From assembly GCF_006345805.1 (NCBI RefSeq), contig NC_043026.1:7378001-7442000 (forward strand): 64,000 nucleotides of DNA, in the 5' to 3' direction. The notes below the pieces were generated by a model. The model worked only from the letters and a program-made list of their open reading frames with translations, made no database searches and was not told the origin of the DNA. Positions 15,656 through 27,017 of this stretch are shown one piece after another; within the stretch, counting starts at the first letter, position 1, and the number at the start of each line of letters is the position of its first letter. The translations under genes were made by a program, and so were the position numbers. The stretch comes from Octopus sinensis (Eukaryota).

Positions 15656-15873
15656 CGTAAATCTCCCCTACCCCCAACCCAAATGTGCTCCATACCCCTT
15701 AAACATCAACTGTCTTTGATTCATATCTTGTAACCCCCTCCTTTTTGTAAGAGATATTCTTTAAACCTTTAAACGTTTTAAATTTTCTGTGGAATTTTTA
15801 TCAAATATATTTGGTATTTCTTAAACCTTCATCAAAATCATTTAGCTGTTTGGTGCTCTGGAAATTGTCACCA

Positions 15874-15919
<46 letters not shown>

Positions 15920-15921
15920 CA

Positions 15922-15979
<58 letters not shown>

Positions 15980-16200
15980 CATATATATATACACATATAT
16001 ATATACACATATATATATATATAAATGTATATATGTATATATATATAAATGTATATATGTAATATATATATAAATGTATATATGTATATATATAAATAAA
16101 TGTATATATATATATAAATAAATGTATATATATATATATAAATAATGTATATATATATATAAATAAATGTATATGTATATATATATATATATAAATAATG

Positions 16201-16231
<31 letters not shown>

Positions 16232-16420
16232 GTATATGTATATATATATTATATATATATATATATTATACACACGTATACATATGAATGTATGTGTATG
16301 TATATGTGTATACATATATATATATATTATATATATATATAATGTTTGCATTCATGCATATGTAAGTTTGCATATGTAAGTATGTATATGTGTGTGTGTG
16401 GGTGTTGTGTGTATATAAGT
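14990..16420. repeat. Compound (AT)n/(GT)n microsatellite tract
   Basis: Long AT and GT dinucleotide runs, densest at 15870-16340. Confidence 0.9.
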
Positions 16421-16573
16421 GTGTAATTATGCGTATAAACGCAGTTTTTGATATTCAGCACTCACCAATTACAATCAACTTTTTATATATTTCTTTTCTT
16501 TCTTAAAATATATTTTTCTTATATATATTGTTGGGTTTTTCTCCCTGTCATCATGTAACCACATCAAAGTGGT

Positions 16574-16605
<32 letters not shown>

Positions 16606-16639
16606 GGTGATAATAATAATAATAATAATATTAATAATA

Positions 16640-17485
16640 ACAATCCTTTCTACTTTAGGCACAAGGCCTGAAATTTCGTAGGAGGGTGCAAATCTATAAC
16701 AGACCCCCAGTGCATGACTGGTACTCATTTGAATGTGAACTCAGAATGTAGCGATGGATGAGATGTTGCTAAGCATTTTGGCCCGTTGCTAACGATTCTG
16801 CCAGCCTGCTGCCTTAATAATCCTTTCTACTAAAGGCGCAAGGCCTAAAATTGGGGGGAGGATGGGGTTGGGGGGCTAGTCGAGTACAGTGACCCCCAGT
16901 GTATCAACTCTGAGAGGATGAAGGCAGAGTTGACCTCGGTGGAATTTGAACTCAGAACGTAGCAGTGATGGACAAATGTTGCTTACCATTTTGCCCAACA
17001 TGCTAAGAACTCTCCCAGCTCAACCACTTAATAATAATAATAATAATAATCCTTTCTACTATAGGCACAAGGCCTGAAATTCGGGTGGGGGAGGGGAATA
17101 GTCTATTACATCAACCCTAGAATGCAACTGGTACTTAATTTATCGACCCTGAAAGGATGAAAGGCAAAGTCGACCTCAGTAGAATTTGAACTCAGAATGT
17201 AAAGACAGATGAAATACCTATTTCTTTATTACCCACAAGGGGCAAAACATAGAGGGGACAAACATGGACAGACATAGGTATTAAGTCGATTATATCGACC
17301 CCAGTGCGTATCTGATACTTAATTTATCGACCCCGAAAGGATGAAAGGCAAAGTCGACCTCGGCGGAATTTGAACTCACAACGTAACGGCAGCCGGAATA
17401 CCGCTAAGCATTTCGCCCGACGTGCTAACGATTCGGCCAGCTCGCATTTCATCCAGTGTGCTAACAATTCTGCCAGGTCACTGCC

Positions 17486-17490
<5 letters not shown>
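16640..17490 (-). mobile_element. Cluster of SINE family B copies
   Basis: Three to four reverse copies (ggatgaaaggcaaagtcgacctcggcggaatttgaactc) separated by (AAT)n tails. Confidence 0.85.
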
Positions 17491-17522
<32 letters not shown>

Positions 17523-18779
17523 TAATAATAATAATAATAATATGAGCCCTGATTGGGCAGGCCTGTGACCAAATACATTCCAGCCATGCCCATCCTATCT
17601 TTTCAGATATGGTTCATTTCAGAGTACAATATGCATTATATCCTTCTTTTGACATTCTGGTCATTGTGTGCTTTGAGAGAAATTTGGCTGCTATTTCTAG
17701 GAAGGTCACAGCAGCAATCACATAGAGACTTACATTAATTTTTTTTAGGGGGCGCAGGTACCAGCGATTCCTTTCACAACACATTTATTACTGGTACTTA
17801 TGCCTGGTACTTGGCCCAGGAGGGGAGATAAAGCAGGGTTTTCTCCCAGCGATATTTGAACTAGGAATTATAAAGGAAAAAAATTTGGTGAAAAAGATTA
17901 ATAGTAGCCATGATGATGGACCGTAGTTACCTTGGTAACAACCATGGTAATGGTGGTGGTGGTGGTGGTTGTAGTAGTAGTAGCCACAGCAGCAGCAATA
18001 AAGATGTTGGGGGGTAGAGATGGAGGTGGGGTTTTTTGTAGTACAAGTATCAGCAGCAGCAGTAGTAGGGAAAATAGGAGGAGGAGGGAGAGGGGGAGTG
18101 GGGATGAAGTAGTAGTGGTAATGGTAGTAGTAGTAGCAGCAGCAGCAGTAGCAGCAGTAGTAGACTTACAACAGAAAGAAAGATAAGTAAAACAAAAAAA
18201 ATAAATAACAAAAAAAACAATAACAACATTTGTTAATTCACAGAGAAAGATGAAGTGGGGGGGTCGGGGGTAGACAAGTGGGGGTTTGGGAATCACCTTC
18301 TCCCCCTTATCAACATCACTACCATCCGCTATCCACTGGCTGCTATTTCTAGCAGATGTTTGACCTAAAAGAAATAGCAGTCAAATTACACCAAAGCTAG
18401 AACACAGGTCAATGTAGTCGAAGGTGTATTGCTACCACCACCACCACCACCCCAAATAGGACAGGATGGTCACAGCTGGAACGTCTTGTATTGCAGGTCT
18501 GCTCTTACCTATGTGGGATTGAGATTGAAATTAAAACCTGGACAAGATGTAACAACCTGACCATCCATCCCTGCCAACCACCACATATCACTCCAACACT
18601 ACCAGTGTCGCCACCACTATCCGTTCCCCCTCAATCTTCTTTAAAATAAAAACCATTGTTGCACATCATCACACATTCGCTGCATCCAACAATAAGTTTC
18701 CTCACCACCCACACACACACACACACAACATCGAATGTCCACTGGGCGCTTATTACAAAATGGACATCACAACACACAC

Positions 18780-19680
18780 ACACACACACTTTACATTTCA
18801 TTGTAGTCAGTTCATTATCTTAAGAGTTCAAAAATCTTGTGGTATCCATAAGGGCCAGTGGCTGCCCTCCATGATGGTCCCTGATGGCCCAGAGTGTCAC
18901 TACACGTAAACCACATTTTACACACACACACACACACTTACTTTATTTCTTCATAATTAGGTCATATATTTTAGGTTGTCATAAACCTTGTGGTGGTCCT
19001 TAACGACCCACATTTGTGCAAGGTGGTCCACAATGGACCAGTGTCACAATACACCAAAACCTTATACCAACACACACACACTTCACATTTTATCGTACTC
19101 AGGTTAATCACTTTAGGCATTCATAAACCTTGTGGTTGTCCATAAGGGCCCACACTCATCCAAGGTGGTCCACTGGACCAGATTGGCACACTACAACAAA
19201 ACCACATATACATATCACCACACCACACACAAACTTCATACTATACTTCATCATATGCAAGTCAACTATTTTAGACATTTGTAAACCTTCTGGTGGTCCA
19301 TAATGGCCCACAGTTGTGCAAGGTGGTCCACAGCGGACCGGAGTGTCACAATACGCCAAAACCTCACATCAGACACACACTCACACACACACATCATACC
19401 CAGGTGAATTGTTTCAAGTGTTCATAAAACTTGTAGCAGTCCATAATGATCTACAGCCACCCAAGATGGCCCTTAATGGTCCAGAGTGGTTTATAGCAGC
19501 CCAGGGCGGGGCACACTACACCAAAACCACCCCATATCACACACACACATTTCATCATACTAAGGTCATTATTTTAGGCATTCAAAACCCATGAAGATCT
19601 ACATTTACCCAAAGTGGTCCAAAGTGCACAATAGTGGTCCAGCGTAGCATATAGTGGCCCACAGCGGCCCATACAGTTCT
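18780..19680. repeat. Diverged ~150-bp tandem repeat, about 6 units
   Basis: The marker aaaccttgtggt and variants occur at about 18831, 18983, 19125, 19283, 19426 and 19584. Each unit has a CA-rich spacer. Confidence 0.75.
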
Positions 19681-19695
19681 TTGTGGTTCATAGTT

Positions 19696-19817
19696 TTACT
19701 GCTTTTTATGTTTTTTGTTCTGTTCTTTGTCTTTTCGCATCTGTTTTGCTTTCCGTCGTTCATCTTTGATTTGTTGTTTCTGGTAAAGACTCGACACCAA
19801 TTTGTAACTAACGAGCG
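19696..19817 (-). CDS. Uncharacterised 69-aa membrane microprotein, coding exon 2
   Basis: Acceptor tttctctttccag|CG, then LVSYKLVSSLYQKQQIKDERRKAKQMRKDKEQNKKHKKQ-TAA. Its phase matches the exon at 23854-23941. Confidence 0.8.
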
Positions 19818-19903
19818 CTGGAAAGAGAGAAAGAGAGAGAGAGAGAAGATTTATGACATGTCTTAGTAATGACTCACATAGATATTGCACAAATATTAAC
19901 ATA

Positions 19904-20385
19904 GGCGCAGGAGTGGCTGTGTGGTAAGTAGCTTGCTTACCAACCACATGGTTCTGGGTTCAGTCCCACTGCATGACACCCTGGGCAAGTGTCTTCTACC
20001 ATAGCTTCAGGTCAATCAAAGCCTTCAGAGTGGATTTGGTAGACGGAAACTGAAGGAAGCCCGTCGTATATATATACATATATATGTGTGTGTGTGTGTG
20101 TGTACACACATATATATACATACATATTTATATATATTTATACACGCACACACACACACACATATATATATATACATCCATATATATGTATATGTTCCCC
20201 AATCATCGCTTGATAACCGATGTTGGTGTGTATACATCCCTGTAACCTAGCTGTCCAGCAAAAGAGACCGATAGAACAAGTACTAGGCTTACAAAGAATA
20301 AGTCCTGGGGTTGATTTGTTCAACTAAAGGCGGTGCTCCAGTATGGCCGCAGTCAAACAATCGAAACAAATAAACGAATAAAAAA
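19904..20385 (+). mobile_element. tRNA-derived SINE family A
   Basis: Head ggcgcaggagtggctgtgtggtaagtagc, internal (TA/TG)n, tail ggcggtgctccagcatggccgcagtcaaa. More than 15 copies in the window. Confidence 0.9.
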
Positions 20386-20399
20386 GATTTCAGATTTTA

Positions 20400-21790
20400 A
20401 GACAATGTGTGAGAGAAAACCATGATGCCATAGGAGAGAAATGTGTCCACATGGATGATGGTGCACTTGTGTTTAATGATTCTGAGGCTTGGAGAAGCCA
20501 TTATGAAAGACTGCTGAACGTGGAGAATGAATGGGAGGAAGAGGAGAGTCTGACAAAGGTTGACCCAGTAGAGGGACAAACTACCTGAATTGACAGTACC
20601 CAGGTAGATAAAGCAATTAAGGATACTATGACAGGGAAAGCACCTGGCCCATCAGGAATCACCACAGGGATGCTTAAAATATCAGGTGGTGTGGGTTACT
20701 TTCTTCTCACCCGCATCGTAAATCAGGGAGTTCATGAAGGAGTCGTACCCAATGACTGGTGTAGCAGCAGCACCATAGTCAACTGCTACAAGGGGAAAGG
20801 TGATGCTTTAGATAGAATAACCACAGGGGTGTCAAATTATTGGATCAGTGATGAAAGTTACAAAGAGGGTCATAACCCAACTTATTAGGGAGAGAGTTAG
20901 CCTACATAAGACGCAGTTCAGTTCTGTGCCAGGCAGAAGCACCAGTGATGCTGTATTTCAACTGCAGGAGAAATACCTAGCCAAAGGAAAACCTTTGAAC
21001 TTGGCTTTTGTTGACTTGGAGAAAGCCTTTGACAGGGTCCCCTGATCCCTTATCTGGTGGTCAATGCAGAAACTGGGGATAGACGAGTGCCTCGTAAGAG
21101 CTGTACAAGGTGAAGGTTGGCAATGAGTATAGTGAAGAATTCCGAGTAGAAGTAGGGGTTCACCAAGGATCGGTCCTCATCTCCCTCTCATTCATTACAG
21201 TCCTCCAGGCAATAACAGGGGAATTCAAGACAGGCTGCCTCTGGGAAATCCTCTAATCTGATGTCCTTGCTCTAATAGCCAAGTCACAGCCAGAACTAGA
21301 GACAAAGTTTAGGTTGTGGAAGCAAGGCCTAGAATCAAAAGGCCTTAGGGTTAACCTGGCAAAAACCACAGTCTTAGTAAGTAGGAAGGCTGTCAAATCA
21401 CAAACCCAGGTAGATGGCCCTGCTTGATCTGTAGAAAAGGTGTGGATAGAAACTCCATATGATGTACCTGGTGTAAATGATGGACACATAAAAGGTGCAG
21501 CGATATCAAAGGAAGGTTAACCAGGAAGATAGGTTTTGTGTGTGGCAGATGCACAGGGGCAATAAACACTGAAGGTGTACAAAAAACAGATTTCATCATA
21601 TGCCAGGGGAAGAAACAAAAAGTAGTTGATAGCTTCCGCTACCTAGGTTACCAAGTCTGTAGTAGGGGTGGTTGCTCTGAGAGTGTAGCAGCTAGAATAA
21701 AAATAATGTGGCAAAGTTCAGGGAGCTCCTATCTCTGCTGGTAACTAAGGGCCTCTTGCTCAGGGTGAAAAGTAGATGGATGTGTGTGAA
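20400..21790 (+). mobile_element. Degraded RTE-clade LINE reverse transcriptase relic
   Basis: KAPGPSG, NCYKGKGD, AFVDLEKAFDRVP and GVHQGS motifs plus a PHD-like finger. Many stops and frameshifts. Confidence 0.85.
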
Positions 21791-21899
21791 CTGCTATTGC
21801 CACAACTGGAATTTTGACCGGATTGATGGGTCCTCTTCTCAAGCACAACATAATGCCAAAGGGCTCAGACAATGACTCTGTGAGGCCCAACACTCGAAA

Positions 21900-22620
21900 C
21901 GAGCTCAGCCACTCTGACTCCAGCGCCACCCCGACTGGCTTCTGTGCTGGTGGTACATAAAAAGCACCATCCGAACGTGGTCGTTGCCAGCGCCGCCTTG
22001 GCTAGCTTCCGTGCCGGTGGCACATTAAAAGCTCCAACCGATCGCAGCCGATGCCGGACCCCCCCTGGCACCTGTGCGGGTGGCTCGTAAAAAGCACCCA
22101 CTACACTCTCGGAGTGGTTGGCGTTAGGAAGGGCATCCAGCTGTAGAAACACTGCCAGATCAGACTGGAGCCTGGTGCAGCCTTCTGGCTTCACAGACCA
22201 CGGTCGAACTGTCCAACCCGTGCTAGCGCGGAATACGGACGTTAAACGATGATGATGATGATGATGATATTGGACCATTGCCAGAGCGGCTATCTGGCCT
22301 CCGTGCCGGTGGCACATAAAAGACACCATTCGAGCATGATCGTTACCAGCATCGCCTTACTGGCACCTGTGCCATGTGTAAAAAGATTCGAGTGAGGTCA
22401 TTGCAAGTACTACCTGACTGGCCCCCGTGCCGGTGGCATGTAAAAAGCACCCACTACACTCACGGAGTGGTTGGCGTTAGGAAGGGCATCCAGCTGTAGA
22501 AACTCTGCCAGATCAGATTGGAGCCTGGTGCAGCCATCTGGTTCGCCAGTCCTACGTCAAAATCGTCCAACCCATGCTAGCATGGAAAGCGGACGTTAAA
22601 CGACGATGATGATGAGGAGG
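21900..22620 (+). mobile_element. Two copies of (GAT)n-tailed retroposon family C (RTE-like 3' end)
   Basis: aagcacccactacactc...ggttggcgttaggaagggcatccagctgtag...gacgttaaacgatgatg occurs twice, with internal sub-repeats. Confidence 0.85.
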
Positions 22621-23430
22621 AGGCTAATCACGTTTACCTGCATCATTATCTCCATATCAACTCACCTGGATATATACAGTTCAGATATGAGAATCAGATC
22701 TTTTCTGTATAGAATACATTTAATTAGTGCTCAATAGATTTAAACTTGAGCGTGTAGAACGTGTGTGTATAAAATTCTATCTCTTACATAGATAAGTTAT
22801 GAATTGATTTGATACCTGGTGTCTACCCGTTTATACATTTGTTCGGCGATCCTTCGGTATTGGTCTACATCGTGTCGATATGAGGAGACGACGTCATGAG
22901 GCAAGGTTGTATGGGTGACTGATGTCGTCTACCAATACCGAAGGATTGCTTTTTTTCTCTCTACAACACCTACACGTATACCATATGTACATAAGTAGAG
23001 ACATAGAAACAGGCGTACGAATGTCACCATCTCGAAACGTTCGTCTTTCACGTGTATGTATATATATATACATACACACACATATGCACATAGATATGTA
23101 TGTTTTTATACATATATTTATACGTATATACATACGCATATTTCCACATATACACATACATAGATATTTATATATCTTTATACACGTATGCTTGTGCATG
23201 TATAATTACATGTATGTGTGTGTGTATACGCACGGAATCACGTACACGTGTCTCTACGCTAATAATTGGTCTCTGTATACCAGAATTCTCTCTCTACATC
23301 CATCACATACGAACACAAACCGTCTGTCTTACCTCTATTTCCGCTTTTCAACAAACATACACACAAACTCTCACTTTCTCCAGATCTCTCTGTATCCGAC
23401 TACCACACACAGACACAGTCGTCTTCTCTT

Positions 23431-23491
<61 letters not shown>

Positions 23492-23619
23492 GCATAGAGA
23501 GAGAGAAAGAGAGATCTGTCGGTGCTGGAGTAGAAATTACAAAACCCAAAGGTCTTGAGCACCTACAGGTGAAACTCGGACTAAATAGCAAGAAACCAGA
23601 CTCGAAAATTAAATAAATA

Positions 23620-23639
23620 AATAAGATATAGATAGATAG

Positions 23640-23700
<61 letters not shown>

Positions 23701-23708
23701 GGATAGAC

Positions 23709-23784
<76 letters not shown>

Positions 23785-23790
23785 TAGATA
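23620..23790. repeat. (AGAT)n microsatellite
   Basis: Direct inspection. Confidence 0.95.
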
Positions 23791-23853
23791 GGCAGATAAG
23801 CTACCACTTATACACGCAGACAATAGTGCGAGTACGACGGATACAAAACTCAC

Positions 23854-23941
23854 CGATCAGGGAAACCACGATAATGCCAGGAATAATGAAAACCGAATTG
23901 TCAATTCCTTCTTTGATGGGTCCATCCCGAAATTTCACCAT
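23854..23941 (-). CDS. Uncharacterised 69-aa membrane microprotein, coding exon 1
   Basis: Strong Kozak context atcaccATGG, then [29 protein letters not shown]+G and donor |gtgagt. A candidate acceptor lies about 30 nt upstream (ggcaag/acag). Confidence 0.8.
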
Positions 23942-23983
23942 GGTGATGCCTCTCCTCCGAGTGATTCCGTTTCTGTCTTGCCA

Positions 23984-24026
<43 letters not shown>

Positions 24027-24632
24027 ATATAGCTTGTTGTTGAAGCGTGGGTGTATATATGAGGTGGCCGTATGCAGGTGAATTCTCACGTCTGTGACAA
24101 AAGCCCTCAACGGTTTTGGTTTCGAGATGTAAATATATATATATGTGTGTGTGTATCTGTGTACTGACACGTATGTGTTTGACTTTAATTATACACGCTT
24201 ATAAATATAAAAGTATATATATATATATCTACCATATATTGCTCTGTTTTCGAGTGGAGAGGTGTTGAAGTTGCCGTGTGGGGAGATATTTTTTTGCGTG
24301 TAATTATGTACAATATACACACACACGCACTTGTATGTGTGTATCTAAACTGATTTCTCTTTTTATATTTATATGAACACTTGTTTGTTTGTACAAACGC
24401 CTTATGTGTTTGTGTGCGCGTGTCTTATATATATATATATTATATAATATATATATAATATATATATACGTATGTATACAAATAATATTCTCCTGGTAAG
24501 TTAGAGATCCCTGTACAAATCGTATTAAATATCCGCTTTCTTTTCTCTTCAACTCCTTTCCATCGTGCCAGTAAACGTGGAGCTATTTAACCAGACATGC
24601 ACACACACACACTATACATACATATATATATG

Positions 24633-24664
<32 letters not shown>

Positions 24665-25379
24665 CATATATATATATGTAATTAGGTCCAAAGAACAAGT
24701 GCGCGTTTCTCGGTTCCTGGTTTAATTATGTTGTTTTCTCTCTTTTAATAAATGTCTTGTGTTTGGTTTTAGAATTTTTTCTTCTTTTCAGGTTCTTTTG
24801 TATTTTTTCCTTTTCCTTCCTTTTTTATCCACGTTTCTTTTTTTCCTTCTGGTTTTGTGTCGTATTTTATGGGGGTTTTTTTTTTCTCTTCTTCTTCTAT
24901 GTTGTATTCCGCCCGTGACTCACATTCCAGATATCACACAACGTGTTTTCTCTCTCTCTCTCTCTCTCTGTGACTCTTTGAGTCTTTCAATCGCCGATCC
25001 GATCCGCAACACAGCAAGTTGCCGCACACACCAACAGACTGGAGATATATACATACATATATATATTCTTCCTCGTGGGACTAACCTGTACACACACACA
25101 CACACGCATATATAGATACAGATATATCTATATATGTATATATGTATATATATAGTGACTGTGTACTTGTGTTCTGGTCTCTCTTTTCTTCTCTCTCTCC
25201 TCAAAGTCACCCGTATTTCGCTTTCGGGTAGAAGAACCTCTGTGACTGACAATTCTTCCTTCCTTGGTCACCGCTTTCTTCGTCCTTTTTCTCCTTCTTT
25301 TGCTTCTATCTTTTCATCTCCACTTCTTTTCTTTCTTTCTTTCTTTCTTTTTTTGTCAGATATTTATCTTAAATTGCCC

Positions 25380-25480
25380 TGAAAATTCGAAGAAACACAC
25401 TCGCAGGAGATATGATAAGATATAGACAAATGAATGTGAGAACGTCCCTCCTGCCACGCCGCTTCCGACGAGAAGAAATA
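25380..25480 (-). promoter_or_regulatory. Possible promoter of the microprotein gene
   Basis: CpG-containing unique sequence with ETS-like cggaagcgg (+ strand ccgcttccg). Candidate downstream donors at about 25210 and 24923. Unverified. Confidence 0.3.
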
Positions 25481-25986
25481 AAACTGACAAACAAAACAGA
25501 AATGCCAACAGCTGGTACTTGGAATTGAAACTGACGCGTTTGATTCAGATGCTGGTGTGTGTGTGTGTGTGGTTTGAATGTTTTGTATGAATGAATGACA
25601 AAAGAAGATGAATGGTTTTTAGAACGAACGAGAGAAAGAAAGAGAGAGGCTGGTGTACAGGTGTGTTGTTTGTGGTTGGTATTTACAACACAAGTTCAAC
25701 CTAGATCGATTGCACACCTGTGATCGAAGGATCAAAGATTCCTCACTCAATCGTGTGGAGAGTTTCTTATTATTTATTTTATTATTATTATTATTAGTGT
25801 TTAGTCTGTAAGGCAGGGCATGTTTGTTTGTCTGGGGTCGCCTTATCCAAAATATGCCCCATTTTTGTCGCTTTATTAATGGAGAGAATAGAAAAACTGT
25901 TACACGTCAGCCCCTAACTTCGTCTAACGGAGAAAGAGAGCAAGAAAGGGCGAGAGAGAGATAGATAAATAGATAGATACATAGAT

Positions 25987-26017
<31 letters not shown>

Positions 26018-26164
26018 AGAGAGCACATTTATGGATCTATCTATGTCTATCTGTCTGTCACTCTGTCGATCTCCATATTTTGCATTAATGTTTAACAGGA
26101 GCAGCGGAGTGACTGAAGGATTGAGAGTTCCGTGCGTTAGCACTTATCAACCCTATCGATCTGT

Positions 26165-26190
26165 TGTCATTCTTTTTCTCTGTCCATCTG

Positions 26191-26257
<67 letters not shown>

Positions 26258-26272
26258 ATCCATCCATCTATC

Positions 26273-26358
<86 letters not shown>

Positions 26359-26390
26359 ATCCATCCATCCATCTATCTATCTATCTAGTT
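26165..26390. repeat. (ATCT)n microsatellite
   Basis: Direct inspection. Confidence 0.95.
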
Positions 26391-26399
26391 TTATTTACA

Positions 26400-26870
26400 T
26401 CTTCATCATCATCATCATCGTTTAACGTCTGCTTTCCATGCTAGCATGGGTTGGACGATTTGATTGAGGACTGGTGAACCAGATGGTTGCATCAGGCTCC
26501 AGTCTGATTTGACATGGTTTTCTACAGCTGGATGCCCTTCCTAATGCCAACCACTCCGAGAGTGTAGTGGGTGCTTTTACGTGTCACCGGCACGGGGGCC
26601 AATCAGGTGGCACTGGCAACGACCTTGCTCAAAATGGTGCTTTTTATGTGCCACCTGCAGAGGAGCCAGTCCAGCGTCACTGGCAATGGCCTCGCTCGAA
26701 TGTTTTGTTCACGTTCCACCAGCAGAAGTGCCAGTAAGGTGACGCAGGTAACGATCACGATCGAATGGTGTCTTTTTATGTGCCACCGGCAGGGAGGCCG
26801 GCTTGTTGCCCTGGCAACGATCGTGCTTGGATGGTATTCTTAGCGCTCCACCAGGACGGATGCCAGTGGC
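26400..26870 (-). mobile_element. Retroposon family C
   Basis: Reverse copy beginning catcatcatcgtttaacgtc. Confidence 0.85.
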
Positions 26871-26886
26871 CTGAATAATAATAATA

Positions 26887-26924
<38 letters not shown>

Positions 26925-26971
26925 TCGAAAACTACCTTAGGAATGAGAACCCAGGTTCGAAATTTCCCCAA

Positions 26972-27017
26972 GACACCTGATGAAGGCTGGAGGGTATACC
27001 AGCCGAAATGTTGTGTT
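26972..27017 (+). ncRNA. Minimal type I hammerhead ribozyme-like motif, probably in a Penelope-like pseudo-LTR fragment (about 26925-27085)
   Basis: GACAC-CTGATGA-A-GGCTGG(8-nt loop)CCAGCC-GAAA-TGT-T-GTGTT gives the core boxes, a 6-bp stem II and a 5-bp stem I. Confidence 0.6.

Noticed and set aside
17898-18296. Poly-Thr/Val/Ser ORFs, and similar ORFs at 27552-28500
   Set aside because: These are trinucleotide microsatellite translations.
19904-20000. tRNA genes at SINE heads
   Set aside because: A/B boxes are present, but there is no complete cloverleaf and the heads continue into SINE bodies.
22637-22665. Possible 28-nt cassette exon in the microprotein intron (ccag|gtgagt...gcag|gtaaac)
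   Set aside because: Inclusion would shift the frame, the polypyrimidine tract is weak, and the two flanking exons already join in phase.
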